In this document: piece after piece, positions 63,520 to 64,000 of the stretch
How positions within the stretch are numbered: the first letter of the stretch is position 1
Layout of the letters: each line of letters opens with the position of its first letter
Assembly (NCBI GenBank): GCA_039808125.1
Contig: JBDHSO010000003.1
Coordinates: 4,860-68,859, forward strand
Origin: Rhodobacter sp.
GTDB lineage: Bacteria > Pseudomonadota > Alphaproteobacteria > Rhodobacterales > Rhodobacteraceae
Direction of reading: 5' to 3'
Length of the DNA: 64,000 nucleotides
Made by a program: the position numbers and the translations under genes
Notes under the pieces: model-generated
The model's database searches: none
The model's input: the letters and a program-made list of their open reading frames with translations, nothing else
Told to the model about the DNA's origin: nothing

Positions 63520-64000
63520 CCCTGCCCCCCGTGCTGTCCCGCCTGACCGACCCCCTCGTCGCGTTGATGGTTCCCGACCGGCAGGCCGACCGGGTGGTTC
63601 CGCCCTCGGGGCCGACGGCCTGGCTTACCACGTTTACCGCCGCCGCCATGACCTTTCTTTGCGTCTTCGCGCTGGCGCTGTCGCTCGCCTCGGGGCGGCT
63701 TGCGAGCCGTTGGTCGGATGCGCTGGCGCGCACGGCGACGATCCGCCTTTCGGCGCCACCGCAACAGATGCAGGCCCAGACCGACGCGGTGCTGGCGCTG
63801 CTGTCGACCACGCCGGGCATCGCCTCGGCCCGGGCGCTGACCGATGAGGAGAACCGCAAGCTCCTGGAGCCATGGTTCGGCCCCGATCTTCCCGTACAGG
63901 ATCTGCCGCTGCCCCGGCTGATCGAGGTGGTCGAGGACGGGCAGGGCTATGACGGTGAAGGTCTGCGCCAGCGCCTGGCCGCCGAGGCGCCCGGCGCGAT
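63516..64000 (+). CDS. ftsX: Cell division permease FtsX, 3'-truncated by the window edge
   Basis: GTGA overlap with ftsE, TM1 AAMTFLCVFALAL, then LLEPWFG..LP...LPLPRLIEV. Confidence 0.88.
   Translation, partial: MTLPPVLSRLTDPLVALMVPDRQADRVVPPSGPTAWLTTFTAAAMTFLCVFALALSLASGRLASRWSDALARTATIRLSAPPQQMQAQTDAVLALLSTTPGIASARALTDEENRKLLEPWFGPDLPVQDLPLPRLIEVVEDGQGYDGEGLRQRLAAEAPGA

Overview
A 64 kb GC-rich, gene-dense core-chromosome segment of a Rhodobacteraceae alphaproteobacterium (Rhodobacter/Cereibacter-like, inferred from gene content and order). It runs from the 3' part of gltB to the 5' part of ftsX. Main blocks are mtgA-fzlA-queG, ohrR/ohr, ilvE, petP-petR, the dapD/dapE region (with selU-selD and a VirK/YbjX-like gene), a cobalamin-riboswitch-controlled class Ib RNR operon nrdHIEF, cnoX/tag, phaAB, ispB/ispE, ETF-QO, greA, mobAB, leuS-lptE-holA, porin, an amylosucrase-like GH13, ribA, cenR, xth, argH-lysA and ftsEX. 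I saw no rRNA, tRNA, CRISPR array, prophage or IS. The most unusual signals are mostly non-coding or too small for the ORF track: (1) two tandem anti-Shine-Dalgarno sRNA-like modules behind cenR; (2) a 57-aa ORF behind a canonical EcfG promoter; (3) two overlapping tiny lipoproteins between argH and lysA; (4) an in-frame amber stop in an ornithine-cyclodeaminase-family gene; (5) an apparent compensated frameshift in a FecR-like gene; (6) a terminator-like hairpin in the greA leader; (7) a REP-like intergenic repeat in three copies. All assignments come from reading motifs by eye. No database search was run.
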